IMG/VR virus record: IMGVR_UViG_3300038749_000016
Location: 1-43,160 of that record
Length of the DNA stretch: 43,160 nucleotides
Strand: one strand, 5' to 3'
DNA from: a virus
Taxonomy: Duplodnaviria > Caudoviricetes
Below the pieces are notes generated by a model, which was given only the letters and a program-made list of their open reading frames with translations, made no database searches and had not been told where the DNA came from. A program made the position numbers and the translations under genes. Within the stretch, counting starts at the first letter, position 1, and every line of letters starts with the position of its first letter. This document shows positions 8,811 through 18,183 of this stretch, piece by piece.

Positions 8811-9245
8811 CTAGAGCCGTTTCAAAAAGTGTCGTTCCTGCGCCGTGTAACCGTGACGCTCGTAAAGTCGTGTCGTGACCGGATCGCCACCCATACCGAC
8901 CATATTGACCGCGCGGCAGCCTTTTACCCGCGCCCAAGCTTCATATTCAGTCAGCATTTTCACCGCGCCACGGCCCCGATAGGCAGGATCGACCCACCAG
9001 ACGAGTTCCTGTGCGCAAAGCTCTAGGCTGAAAAAGTGTGGCTGGATCGTCGCCGCGAATATCCCGCGTAAGCCGCCATCTATTTCAAGGACGAGAGTGA
9101 GCGAATTGTCATCGGCCAGAACCCGGTCAATGGTCTGGCTGGCCAAGGCTGCACTGAACGCAAGCCCTGCCCCGCTCTCAGCATGAAACCTTTTGACCAT
9201 CGACAAGACAGCCAATCGGTCTGCGGCCACAGCTTGCCGGATCAT
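8811..9245 (-). CDS. GNAT family N-acetyltransferase
   Basis: MIRQA..D start, WVDPAYRGRG acetyl-CoA motif A, LYERHGY motif B. Confidence 0.85.
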   Translation of the reverse strand: MIRQAVAADRLAVLSMVKRFHAESGAGLAFSAALASQTIDRVLADDNSLTLVLEIDGGLRGIFAATIQPHFFSLELCAQELVWWVDPAYRGRGAVKMLTEYEAWARVKGCRAVNMVGMGGDPVTTRLYERHGYTAQERHFLKRL

Positions 9246-9919
9246 CGGTTCGCTGCCACAACCTGCGTTGCAATGCGAAGAACCGAATTAGATGCAACCT
9301 TGCCTGTCTTCTGGCCCCAGAAGTGTTCACGCTCACCAATGGTCGATGCATCCACGAAGAAGTCATCATTCGGGTCGCGTTTCTTCTGGTCTTCATGTGA
9401 CCGGGTGCCGGGATTGTACCGGGTGAACTCCTGAGAATGGCTGACACATGTCATCTTGACCGCGCCGTCTTCACCTTCCTTCGGAGTGTTGATCTCAATC
9501 TGATCGACATAGCCGATGAAACGATTGACCGCCGGAGCAACCAACTGCCGTGAGACTGGCGAGAACAGACCGCGATAAACCTCTACCTGCCCCTGCTTCA
9601 GATCATATCCGCGAACGATATTGTTCACGGCCTCATCAATCTGGTTCATCGTGACATCGATTGTCTGAACCGTCAGATTAGCAACAAGCGGTATGTCGCT
9701 GATCTGAATGAGCGTTCCAGAACCTTCGAAGTTTCGCGTCTCGGCAAGCCCGGTATTCGGATTGAGCATCGGTGCCTGCACATCGCCAACGTCTGACCAG
9801 AAGCCATAGGAGAAGTTCGCGCCGGTTGAACGATCACGCGCTACCAGCCAGAGGAAATCCCGCGCCACCAGTTGGCGAGCTTGCAGAGCCGCGTAGTTTT
9901 CTGGGGAGAGATTGCGCAT
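9242..9919 (-). CDS. Baseplate hub / minor tail protein (DUF2163, GTA-like)
   Basis: Position after Dit; FEGSGTLIQI, RFIGYVD, RSHEDQ..DP.D.FF motifs; SD GAGGA. Confidence 0.7.
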   Translation of the reverse strand: MRNLSPENYAALQARQLVARDFLWLVARDRSTGANFSYGFWSDVGDVQAPMLNPNTGLAETRNFEGSGTLIQISDIPLVANLTVQTIDVTMNQIDEAVNNIVRGYDLKQGQVEVYRGLFSPVSRQLVAPAVNRFIGYVDQIEINTPKEGEDGAVKMTCVSHSQEFTRYNPGTRSHEDQKKRDPNDDFFVDASTIGEREHFWGQKTGKVASNSVLRIATQVVAANR

Positions 9920-10080
9920 GGTTTATCCTCATCGAGCGTATAAATGGGTTCGATGTCCTTGATCCTGATAACCAGAAACCCGTCTTCGACATCGGCGCTT
10001 TCAATGGTGTCCAAGCGAATGTTCATGGACTTGAACCCGGTACGGCTGGCGTTGACCACGCCTTTGAACGTAATCCCCAT
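9841..10080 (-). CDS. Hypothetical small protein filling the Dit-hub gap
   Basis: ATG 3 nt after the Dit stop; overlaps the hub gene by 79 nt. Confidence 0.4.
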   Translation of the reverse strand: MGITFKGVVNASRTGFKSMNIRLDTIESADVEDGFLVIRIKDIEPIYTLDEDKPCAISPQKTTRLCKLANWWRGISSGW

Positions 10081-10083
10081 CGG

Positions 10084-10692
10084 TTACCTGCTTTCAAACC
10101 CTTGGAATGTGATAACTCCCCGGCCAGTCGAAAGATCAGCCGTGGTGTTGATCGAACCCGGCACAATCGTCATCAAACAGGACGGCTTAACGAGCGTCAC
10201 AGCGTCACCCACAGCCGAGACCGGCCAAAGATGCGGCCTGACTTCGACCGACGCTCCAGAAACACTGACGATCTGGTGAAGGTTATTCCCGCCGATCTGG
10301 ATATAATCGCCAACGCTGGCGACATACCCAGCCGGAAGACCCGATACGCCGACCGTCTTTCGATCCGTGGCAATAGAGCCGACCGTTACCGCCGACACAT
10401 CGCCCATGCCCGCGCCCTTCGGATAGGCAATGGGATAGCACCGACTTGTGGGCCTGCCCCGGAACTGTTGCAGCCCACCTTCCAGCGCCTTCAGCCGCGC
10501 CCGCCAAGCGTCCAATTCATTCGGGCGCATAGATCGGGATTGGTATGAAGCCGTCCATAGAGGTGAACCGAAGTCCTTGACGAAGGTCTGGCCGATAGCC
10601 GTTCGGCTTGTTTCCTGCCGGTAAGCCAGATCAAAATCAGTAGACCAACCCGGAAAGTCGGCAAGGATGTCGTAGGGATACGTGATCGCCAC
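10084..10692 (-). CDS. Distal tail protein (Dit)-like
   Basis: Immediately after the tape measure gene; about 200 aa. Confidence 0.7.
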   Translation of the reverse strand: MAITYPYDILADFPGWSTDFDLAYRQETSRTAIGQTFVKDFGSPLWTASYQSRSMRPNELDAWRARLKALEGGLQQFRGRPTSRCYPIAYPKGAGMGDVSAVTVGSIATDRKTVGVSGLPAGYVASVGDYIQIGGNNLHQIVSVSGASVEVRPHLWPVSAVGDAVTLVKPSCLMTIVPGSINTTADLSTGRGVITFQGFESR

Positions 10693-13194
10693 TTAGCCTC
10701 TCCAATTCCGGGTTGATTTGGCCTGTCTCATGGTCTGAACAACACGCCCGCTAAATTCGGCCTGTTGCTTAGCCACTACCTGCTCCAGACGAGCCACAGC
10801 GGCCACATCTGCTCCGCGAGCGTCGATGACAGGTGCGAAGGTGAAGGATGACGAGTTGTTATTGGCGGCAGCAGGCACGGATGGGACACGGGGTCCGCCA
10901 ACCAATCCACCGCCAGCAAACCCGTCCATCATGCGTTCGATATTGCCCGCACCAATGCGATCTACGATGTTCTTTGGAACAACATACTCGCCCTTATGGA
11001 CGATGCCTGCTGGCTGATATTTGCCGCCCGCTCCGGTGTAGCCGCCAGACGAGAACATAAACCCACCCATTGAAGGTGCGGGAGGGAAGTAACTCGTTCC
11101 GAACCCAGAACCACCGCCAAGACCACCCGCTAGGCTGCTAAATAGACTGTTGATGACCTGGTTTGTCCCGATTTCTATCAGTTTGGCCCCAAGGTTCTTT
11201 GCAGCATTAGCCAGTGCATCCATCGCAGACACGCCATTCAGAAGATCGTTGGCAAGACCCTGCGCAAAATCGGTAGCAAGGTCTTTCCCCTCGGCAAGCT
11301 GCTCATTCAGCCTGATTTGGTTGCCGATGGCCTGACCGTATTCACTGTCAGGGCTAATCCCAGCACTTCGAAGCTGACCATAAACTCGCTGCTCTGTCGG
11401 GCCACGGAACATCTGTGCGCGTTCAAACTGAAGTTCCTCGGCCAACGACATAGCCGCGACTTTTTCCGCAGCTTTGCCATATGCCTCCGCAAGTTTCTCG
11501 ATTTCGGCTCGCTGTTCTGCACTGACATTGCGGCCCTTATCCTGCGCCCTTTGAAGCAATTCCAGCTTCATGCGCATGGTTTCGGCAGCTACACCCGTCT
11601 TTCCGACAAGCTGCTCTTCGAGTTGCAATTGCTGGATACGATCCTGAGCCGACTTGACCAGATCGCGATAGGCATTGGCATCTCTCTCAGCCTGACGTTC
11701 GGCTTTGCGCTCATCGCTTGACTTGCGGGTTTTCTCAGGGGCGATGCTTTCCCGGTTAGGCTTTTCACCCGGAACGGGCATTTGGCCTGCTTTTATGCGG
11801 CCAAGCGCCTTTTGTAAGGCCTCTGCGGCTCTAATACGATTTTCCATGCTGCCATCGCCTTTGATGGCCTCATCGTAAGCCTTGTAAGCTCGCTCACTAT
11901 CACCGAGGGCAGGCACGGCGATATTAGAAAGCTCTTCGAGCGCCTTTTTTACAGCATTGATCTTCCCAACCTGATCGGCAGCAATGCTACCCATCAGGCT
12001 CAATGCGGAGTTGACACTAGGAATAGCTCTCGCGGCCTGAAGAACCTCATCTTTCAACTCGGCAAGCGCTTGGGCTTCATCCCGTATCGCTTTCGGGACT
12101 GATGCATCATTCGCAATCTTCGACATTGCTTCACGGAATGACAGTAGGTCAGGAGTTCCGCTGCGAATGGATTTATTCAGATTGATGAATGCGTCACTAA
12201 GTGTCTTAGCCGCCTGCGGCGCTTCCTTAAACAAAGGAGCCAGATCAGTCAGAAGAGCCGTTCCAAACGACGACTTTCTATTAGCCTCCTCGCCAACGAC
12301 CTTGTAGAAGTCCTGAAGCTGGTCTTTCAGTGCGAGAATTTGGGAAGCGGCGTCTTCTGGTCGGATCGCCTGGATGAAGCTTCCAAGGTCTCCATAAGCT
12401 GATTTTACAAGAGCGATGCTCTCGGCATGAGCTTTGAATACTTCCGTCAGGTCCTTAGTCTTTGAGCCTGACATGATGTATTGGGTAAGCGCCGCGCCAG
12501 CAGCGATAACGCCAATCGTGACCAATGAAACAGGGCTTACTATGGATGCGAACGCCGCCCCAATCCCCTGAATTACCGCTTTCCCCTTGCCCATTTCGTT
12601 GAAGACGGCGGAGAGCTGCGTTCCCTGCTGCAAAGCAATCTGGATAGGCGACATACCCATAGCGGACGTGACGGCAATATCTTGAAACTGCGCTGCGATG
12701 TTTGCAGTCTGAAAGCTGCCGGGTCCACTTTTAGCCGGGCGCATGGATGCAATTGCACCATTACGCTGCTTGATCGCGGCGATACTGTCGAGCGTGGCCT
12801 TGCGCTCTCGCTGAATAGCTGTGGTCATTTCTTCGGCAGAGATGGCCCCCAGCCTGTGCGCCTGCTGAATGCTGACGACGCTGGACTGATATTGCTTTAC
12901 CGCCGCAAAGACCGGGTTGTATCGTGCGCGAAGCTTTTCCAGCTCCGCCCCCTGCTGCGCAAGTGCGCCTGTCCATTCCTTAGTCGATTTGGTGCCGATC
13001 CCGACCATGTTCTGAATACGGGACTGCACGGACGTGGGGATAGCCTTATCGATCCGCTTCCCCAGCGCGTCAAAGCTGCGAGATGCAGCCTGAGTGATGT
13101 AATCGATGTCGCCGACAACGCGGTTGACGCCGGTCTTGATCGTTTTCGTATCAAGCGATACGCCAATGACAATATCGTCCTGATTGCCAGCCAT
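10693..13194 (-). CDS. Tail tape measure protein
   Basis: 833 aa Ala-rich helical; AQFQDIAV..ALQQGTQL N-terminal motif; GGYTG.GGKYQPAGIVHKGEYV C-terminal motif. Confidence 0.95.
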   Translation of the reverse strand: MAGNQDDIVIGVSLDTKTIKTGVNRVVGDIDYITQAASRSFDALGKRIDKAIPTSVQSRIQNMVGIGTKSTKEWTGALAQQGAELEKLRARYNPVFAAVKQYQSSVVSIQQAHRLGAISAEEMTTAIQRERKATLDSIAAIKQRNGAIASMRPAKSGPGSFQTANIAAQFQDIAVTSAMGMSPIQIALQQGTQLSAVFNEMGKGKAVIQGIGAAFASIVSPVSLVTIGVIAAGAALTQYIMSGSKTKDLTEVFKAHAESIALVKSAYGDLGSFIQAIRPEDAASQILALKDQLQDFYKVVGEEANRKSSFGTALLTDLAPLFKEAPQAAKTLSDAFINLNKSIRSGTPDLLSFREAMSKIANDASVPKAIRDEAQALAELKDEVLQAARAIPSVNSALSLMGSIAADQVGKINAVKKALEELSNIAVPALGDSERAYKAYDEAIKGDGSMENRIRAAEALQKALGRIKAGQMPVPGEKPNRESIAPEKTRKSSDERKAERQAERDANAYRDLVKSAQDRIQQLQLEEQLVGKTGVAAETMRMKLELLQRAQDKGRNVSAEQRAEIEKLAEAYGKAAEKVAAMSLAEELQFERAQMFRGPTEQRVYGQLRSAGISPDSEYGQAIGNQIRLNEQLAEGKDLATDFAQGLANDLLNGVSAMDALANAAKNLGAKLIEIGTNQVINSLFSSLAGGLGGGSGFGTSYFPPAPSMGGFMFSSGGYTGAGGKYQPAGIVHKGEYVVPKNIVDRIGAGNIERMMDGFAGGGLVGGPRVPSVPAAANNNSSSFTFAPVIDARGADVAAVARLEQVVAKQQAEFSGRVVQTMRQAKSTRNWRG

Positions 13195-13210
13195 CGTTGT
13201 CTTGTCCTAT

Positions 13211-13237
13211 AAGAAAACCCGCCACAATGGGCGGGTT
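13211..13237 (-). terminator. Terminator-like hairpin just upstream of the tape measure gene
   Basis: - strand AACCCGCC-cattgt-GGCGGGTT then TTCTT. Confidence 0.6.
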
Positions 13238-13247
13238 GGGAGAAAGC

Positions 13248-13646
13248 ATGAAGATTTCAGTTGTTTGCGCGTCTGCATTGATAGCATTTGTTACCAACGC
13301 CTATAGCGCCACTGTACTAGATGGCAGCTTCCCCAAAGAAGCGCCAATTAGTTTTGAGCAAATGCATAAGGCAGTTAGTAAAGAATTTACTGATCCATCG
13401 TCTTCCCAATACAAAGGGATAACCATTCACGAACAACCAGGTAGAGGCCCATCTTTTTGCGGATGGGTAAACTCGAAGAACGCTTTCGGCGGATATACCA
13501 AATTTTACCCGTTTGGGATGCTCGTTGATGTAGACGAAGGCGAGATAAACCCGTCTTTCGATGATCCGATCTTGTTCGATCTGTCCGAATTGGCCTTTGC
13601 ACGATATGGCTGCCGCCAAAAACTAGGTTACCCAAAACCAGAATAA
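13248..13646 (+). CDS. Secreted/periplasmic protein (moron, antisense to the tail operon)
   Basis: Signal peptide ending AYS-A; DPSSSQY...CGWVNSKNAFGGY motif; SD GGAG; AT-rich. Confidence 0.8.
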   Translation: MKISVVCASALIAFVTNAYSATVLDGSFPKEAPISFEQMHKAVSKEFTDPSSSQYKGITIHEQPGRGPSFCGWVNSKNAFGGYTKFYPFGMLVDVDEGEINPSFDDPILFDLSELAFARYGCRQKLGYPKPE

Positions 13647-13668
13647 GGAAAGCGCCCCGTAGGGCGCT
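13646..13668. terminator. Hairpin between the convergent moron and tail chaperone genes
   Basis: AGCGCCC-cgta-GGGCGCT; followed by TTCCTT on the - strand. Confidence 0.55.
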
Positions 13669-13887
13669 CTAACCATACTTCGCCAAAAGCTCACTCATCT
13701 GGGCCTTTGTAGGCCCTTTCTCTTTCTTGATGCCCTTTGCCTCGCAATGACCTTCGATGGCATCAACGAATTCAGTTAACGTGGACCGCCAGAAGACATC
13801 TGGCGTCCACTTCAGAAAACCAAAAGCTTCCCGTCGCCACCGCCGCCAAGGGAAGGCTTCTACTCCCCCGTCTTGGCGGCTTCCCCG
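13669..13887 (-). CDS. Tail assembly chaperone gpT part, reached by -1 frameshift (not in the ORF track)
   Basis: 72 open codons ...FPWRRWRREAFGFLKWTPDVFWRSTLTEFVDAIEG...LLAKYG*, no convincing start of its own. Confidence 0.8.
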   Translation of the reverse strand, partial: RGSRQDGGVEAFPWRRWRREAFGFLKWTPDVFWRSTLTEFVDAIEGHCEAKGIKKEKGPTKAQMSELLAKYG

Positions 13888-14198
13888 TTTCCCTCGTCGT
13901 CATCATCGAAGTGATGCTTCAGGGCATCGGCAATGCCTTCCGCGATTGCAGGAAGGTGCTTCAGCTTCATCTTGGATACAGCTTTGCCAGCATCGCCGCG
14001 AACCGCGAGAGCCGTAACTGCGAGGCTTGTGGCGGCAATTTCCGCGCCAGAAAGACGAAGATACAAGTCGTGAAGCGATTTGCATTCCAAGCGCGTCGAG
14101 AGTACCGATAGCCCGCCAATGGTGGCGGCGATAACCACTTCTTCGCCGCCTACATTGATGAGGACTTCGCCTCTCGCTCCGTTAACTTCGAGAGCCAT
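13860..14198 (-). CDS. Tail assembly chaperone gpG (GTA-like)
   Basis: 'NGARGEV' start; lies between the major tail and tape measure genes. Confidence 0.8.
   Translation of the reverse strand: MALEVNGARGEVLINVGGEEVVIAATIGGLSVLSTRLECKSLHDLYLRLSGAEIAATSLAVTALAVRGDAGKAVSKMKLKHLPAIAEGIADALKHHFDDDDEGNGEAAKTGE
13887..13893 (-). other. Programmed -1 ribosomal frameshift site G GGA AAC
   Basis: X XXY YYZ heptamer in frame near the 3' end of gpG; the -1 frame is open to 13669. Confidence 0.85.
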
Positions 14199-14201
14199 GG
14201 A

Positions 14202-14642
14202 TTACACCTCGGCTTCAAATGTGAGAACGCCAGCGGCAACAAACGTTGCACTGAAGGTCATATTGCCCTCCATTTCTCCGCCAAACTCGTAATCAGAAAC
14301 GAACCATGGGCCGGTAAACGAACCAAGCCCCGGTACAATAACTTGAGCGTTGAACTTGCTGGCGTCCGTCACGTGCTGCATGAAAGTCGAGGTATTTGCA
14401 CCAGCGATGTATTTCCCGTTTCCGGTGAACGTGCGGTTCTTGATGCCGGGTTCTGCTGTCCTCTGTGGCGTAGCAGCCGGGTTAAGACAATCAACGGTAG
14501 TCGTATCGACTTCATTTGCGGACATGTTGAAACTGGTTGTTTCAAGGCCGCACAGGTTGTTGAAGGTTTCAGGGCCGGGTGTGGTGTTGCCGTCACCGAT
14601 CTTGATGAGAAGAAGGCGACCAATCTGCTGTCCGTCAGCCAT
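14202..14642 (-). CDS. Major tail tube protein (TP901-1/GTA type)
   Basis: GRLLLIKIGDG...VPGLGSFTGPW...FSATF.AAG.LTF. Confidence 0.88.
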   Translation of the reverse strand: MADGQQIGRLLLIKIGDGNTTPGPETFNNLCGLETTSFNMSANEVDTTTVDCLNPAATPQRTAEPGIKNRTFTGNGKYIAGANTSTFMQHVTDASKFNAQVIVPGLGSFTGPWFVSDYEFGGEMEGNMTFSATFVAAGVLTFEAEV

Positions 14643-14714
14643 GGGTAATATTCCTCTATTGCCGGATCGACAATCGAACCGGGTTAGTTGCTCTCAGATG
14701 TTTGGGATTGGCGG

Positions 14715-15110
14715 TTAGATCGCCTCGATGTACGCTTCGAACTCACAAACGGCGTGGGAAAGTATCCCATCCGGTGCGCGCAAGTTCTCGGTACCAATGT
14801 GGCTGATGCTGATCAGCCGATAACTCGGAAGCGCCAACGGGTAGTTGTGTAGCGCATCCTCAATGCCTGCCGAAATGTCGTTCACCTCTGGATATCCGGG
14901 CCTTTCCGACCATGCGTCCACCCGCACATATGCTCGCCACGATCTTTTGCAGGTCACATCGCTTTGTTTAATGTCAGCGTATCCGATGGTGATGTATGGG
15001 AATGGCGTATCCGCTCGCGGCAAGTCATAGACCTTCGTGCCATTGAGCGGCGCGTAGCTAGTCAGGCGGTCATATAGCGCCTTTTGTATCTCATTCTTCA
15101 GCGAGGCCAT
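14715..15110 (-). CDS. Tail terminator (DUF3168)
   Basis: IQKALYDRL...VYD.P....FPYITIG...VDAWS. Confidence 0.82.
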   Translation of the reverse strand: MASLKNEIQKALYDRLTSYAPLNGTKVYDLPRADTPFPYITIGYADIKQSDVTCKRSWRAYVRVDAWSERPGYPEVNDISAGIEDALHNYPLALPSYRLISISHIGTENLRAPDGILSHAVCEFEAYIEAI

Positions 15111-15604
15111 TACTTACCTCTCACGCGCTTGATCGCACGGTAAACGGCTGAGTTAATCTTGCGCTTGGCTTTCGGCCTCATTTCACGCCAGACACTGAAT
15201 ACGTGTGGCTGCGCCTCGGTTCCTGGGTGCTGCTTACCCGCGAATATTCCGCTCTTCATCATATGAGGCTTGGTGCCAAATTCGAGAAAGCGCCAGATAT
15301 AGTTTGCGAAGACGGCAGCCGCGTATGGGTCTTTAGATTGCCGCTGATTTCGCCCACGTTGAGCGTTCGGGTTATCTTTCTGGTATCCACCCCGAATACT
15401 TGCCCTATAAGCGCCGGGCGCTCGTGGCTCACCTGTAACAGGATCGGTTGAAGGCCCTACCGGAGCGCGAGCGGCAATAGCCTTTGCCGCCTCTTGCGCC
15501 ACCTTCAACTTCTCTTCTGCGGCTTCCTTTTCCGCTTCCGGTGCTATGGCGCGAAGCTCGCGGGCAAGCCGTTCGCGGCCTCTAATCCTCGCCTTCATCG
15601 CCAT
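15110..15604 (-). CDS. HK97 gp10-like neck/tail protein
   Basis: APV...G.YRASI; WRFLEFGT; HPGTEAQP. Confidence 0.8.
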   Translation of the reverse strand: MAMKARIRGRERLARELRAIAPEAEKEAAEEKLKVAQEAAKAIAARAPVGPSTDPVTGEPRAPGAYRASIRGGYQKDNPNAQRGRNQRQSKDPYAAAVFANYIWRFLEFGTKPHMMKSGIFAGKQHPGTEAQPHVFSVWREMRPKAKRKINSAVYRAIKRVRGK

Positions 15605-15773
15605 GGGTAGGTTCCTCACCTTTGCGCGGCGCTTTCACTGCCTTGGCGCATCCCTTGGCAATGGCCTCGTCCGCACAGTCCTTTTTGACATTGAGCGTCA
15701 TACCGGCTTTGTAAGCGATAGTGAAAGACGGCTTCATGTAATTGAAGTCTTTGATGAAATGTACCCAGGCCAT
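15582..15773 (-). CDS. Small basic hypothetical protein
   Basis: Coupled to its neighbours in the head-tail module. Confidence 0.55.
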   Translation of the reverse strand: MAWVHFIKDFNYMKPSFTIAYKAGMTLNVKKDCADEAIAKGCAKAVKAPRKGEEPTHGDEGED

Positions 15774-16120
15774 CAGATTGCAACTCCACTTTCGCACGTC
15801 AGCGCGATGAACTGGCGGTTAACTTCGTGCTCTATATCTCTGATATTGAACGATTTTCCGGTGCGCACATCCCGCAGCATCCAGTCCGTGGAAATCAGCC
15901 GCGTATTGGACGAGTTGCGAACCCGGATGACTTGGGTGTGCTTACCCTGAAGGCGAGCAGCAAGGACACTTTCACCGCCTCTGAGGTGGATGTACTCGGC
16001 GCGGGTCTGGAACTGCTCGACCCATTCTTGGCCGACCGTGTTTCCCATGCCGTCGTCAACGTCTTCGCGTTTCAGTAGCGAGACCTGATAATGAAGCTGG
16101 CCCGATCCTGCTTTTGCCAT
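15773..16120 (-). CDS. Head closure / head-tail joining protein (SPP1 gp16-like)
   Basis: SGQL...DGMGN...W...GGESVLAARLQG...FNIRDI. Confidence 0.82.
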   Translation of the reverse strand: MAKAGSGQLHYQVSLLKREDVDDGMGNTVGQEWVEQFQTRAEYIHLRGGESVLAARLQGKHTQVIRVRNSSNTRLISTDWMLRDVRTGKSFNIRDIEHEVNRQFIALTCESGVAI

Positions 16121-16122
16121 GG

Positions 16123-16689
16123 TCACACCTTTGGACGCCGGAACGGCCAGATAAGCGCCTCATAAGCCGGGTTGCTGTCGATGCGCGGACCTTCCGGGTC
16201 GCCCCGGTACGAGTACATCAGCCCGACATGCATAAGGATTGCGGCCTTGAGAGATGCCGGAACCTCATTCGCTGGAACGCCAACCGTGTATTCAATCGTC
16301 ACCGCATCAGGTCGGGACACGGTTGCAGGCCATGAGTTGCCATAAGTGAGCGTGACACTCGTTCCGCATGTGTAATCCAGCGTCTTGTATGAGGCCGTGG
16401 GAACGGTCTGCTCTTCATTGTCGGTGTCGAAGTACTTCACCGCTACAACGCTCGCCACGGGGCCATTACGGAGCCGTAGGAAGCTATCGAACGAGCAAAA
16501 GGACTGCTTCCACGTCTGGGTGACAAGCGACATATTCAGCGTTCGCTCCAGATGGTCGGTAGCAGCCTGAACAAAGCGCGTGATCTGATTATCGTCATCG
16601 GTAAACCCTGAGACAATCAGATGCTGGCGCGCTTCATCCAAAGACACCGGCGTCTCTGTTGGCGCTTGTGTGCGGACTGGAAGCAGCAT
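16123..16689 (-). CDS. Head-tail connector (gp6-like, phiE125 gp8 type)
   Basis: PVSLDEARQHL...DD..I; LVTQTW; VPASLKAAILMHVG.MY.YR. Confidence 0.85.
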   Translation of the reverse strand: MLLPVRTQAPTETPVSLDEARQHLIVSGFTDDDNQITRFVQAATDHLERTLNMSLVTQTWKQSFCSFDSFLRLRNGPVASVVAVKYFDTDNEEQTVPTASYKTLDYTCGTSVTLTYGNSWPATVSRPDAVTIEYTVGVPANEVPASLKAAILMHVGLMYSYRGDPEGPRIDSNPAYEALIWPFRRPKV

Positions 16690-16692
16690 CGA

Positions 16693-16872
16693 TTATTCGC
16701 CCTTGTTCTTGTCAGATGCGCCTTCGGCCTTATTCTTGTGCTTCGGCTCGGCTTTCTCTTGAAGGACGCCGTTTTTCACGAGGTGCGCGACATCATTTGG
16801 CGATGCAGTGCGCACTTCACCGGGCCGGTAAAACTTGTCGCCCTGATGCTGTCGTTTGACATCGTATTCCAT
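16693..16872 (-). CDS. 59-aa post-capsid protein (not in the ORF track)
   Basis: SD GAAGGAG; MEYDVKRQHQGDKFYRPGEVRTA...AHLVKNGVL...KNKGE*. Confidence 0.7.
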   Translation of the reverse strand: MEYDVKRQHQGDKFYRPGEVRTASPNDVAHLVKNGVLQEKAEPKHKNKAEGASDKNKGE

Positions 16873-16890
16873 TGCTCTCTCCTTCGGTAC

Positions 16891-16917
16891 AAGAAACGGG
16901 CGGCGCTAACCGCCCGT
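16891..16917 (-). terminator. Terminator after the major capsid gene
   Basis: - strand ACGGGCGG-ttagcg-CCGCCCGT then TTCTT. Confidence 0.7.
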
Positions 16918-16935
16918 CGATTTGAGCCGACCGGA

Positions 16936-18150
16936 TTACGGGGTCTCAGGTGCGTTGACATCGCCGTAGATGAACGCTTCTGGACGGTAGACGGCCAGAG
17001 CAAGACGTTCTTCTGCGAGGATGGTGACGAGGTTCTTGATGAAGTCGTCTTCGTTCTCGGTTGCGACTTCGACGCGAGCCTGCCAGCGGTCGAAAATCTG
17101 CGCACCCAGCTTGAATGCACCGGTGAGGAACTTGCCTGCGGCCATGGCCTGGGTCGTGACAACCGGCAGACCCCAGAGGGTCGGAGCAATCGTCCCCTGC
17201 GGGTTTCCGATGATGTAGCGGCCCTGGGTGTCCTTCAGGAGTTCGATTGAAGTCCAGTCAATCGGGCTGAGAACATGGCCCGTCGCCGGGTATTCAGCCA
17301 GAGCTGCCTGAAGCATCGCGACACGAAGGCGGTCGATGCCGGTCACAGTGGCGGGCATGGTCGTGCCAACCGGGACTGCAAAAGCCGTTGCCTGCGGGAT
17401 GATGCCGAGCAGGTTCTGGCCGGTGCCATCGCCGTTGAGAAGCTGGTTCTCTTCGACATAGGCCAGACCGTACAGCAGACGCTGATCGATGATCGAACGA
17501 AGCTGGGAAATGTCGGACAGCACCTGACGGGATGCCTTCATCCAGTGTGCGATGACCTTGGCAGAGGTCGTGATCAGTTCAAACTGAATGTCAGAACCGG
17601 GCTTTGCAGCACCTTCAGCCACCGGAGCGGCATTGTTGTTGAAGCCCTTTTCCTTGACGTATTCCAGCGAACCGCCGTCCATCTGGCCCTGCGAAAGCAG
17701 GTCACGGATCGTGAGACGACGCTGGGGCAGTTCGAGGATGCCCGGAAGGCGAGTGGTCTGGATCGCAGCACCAACGGAACCGGCGGCGTTCGTGGTTGCC
17801 GTGGTAAGCGTGGCTTTGGTCTGAATGTCGATGCGACCGCGAGGGTTCGCCTGACCGAGAAATTCCTTGACCTTGTCGTTCTCAACGAACTGTTCGCCAA
17901 TGGACTTTTCACGGTCGCCTTCGCCGCCGGAACGGGCCGCCTTCTGCTCAAACTCGTCAAGGCGAGCCTTGAGTTCGTTCATGGCGAGCAGATTTTCGTC
18001 GGCCTTTTCCTTCAGGCCTTCGCTGAGGTCGCCGTTCTTCTTGGCTTCCGCCACGGCCTTTTCAGCGATTTCCTTCACGGTGTCGAACTTCTTCTCGAAG
18101 TCGGCCTTGACCTCCAGAGCAAGCTGCTCTGCTGTTTTAACTTCACTCAT
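16936..18150 (-). CDS. Major capsid protein, HK97 family, with N-terminal delta domain
   Basis: Coiled-coil N-terminus; EGAAKP, ENQLLNGDG, GRYIIGNP, AEERLALAVYRPEAF. Confidence 0.96.
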   Translation of the reverse strand: MSEVKTAEQLALEVKADFEKKFDTVKEIAEKAVAEAKKNGDLSEGLKEKADENLLAMNELKARLDEFEQKAARSGGEGDREKSIGEQFVENDKVKEFLGQANPRGRIDIQTKATLTTATTNAAGSVGAAIQTTRLPGILELPQRRLTIRDLLSQGQMDGGSLEYVKEKGFNNNAAPVAEGAAKPGSDIQFELITTSAKVIAHWMKASRQVLSDISQLRSIIDQRLLYGLAYVEENQLLNGDGTGQNLLGIIPQATAFAVPVGTTMPATVTGIDRLRVAMLQAALAEYPATGHVLSPIDWTSIELLKDTQGRYIIGNPQGTIAPTLWGLPVVTTQAMAAGKFLTGAFKLGAQIFDRWQARVEVATENEDDFIKNLVTILAEERLALAVYRPEAFIYGDVNAPETP

Positions 18151-18183
18151 GGGAATGTCCTTTCTGGACAAAGAGGTTTGGAT

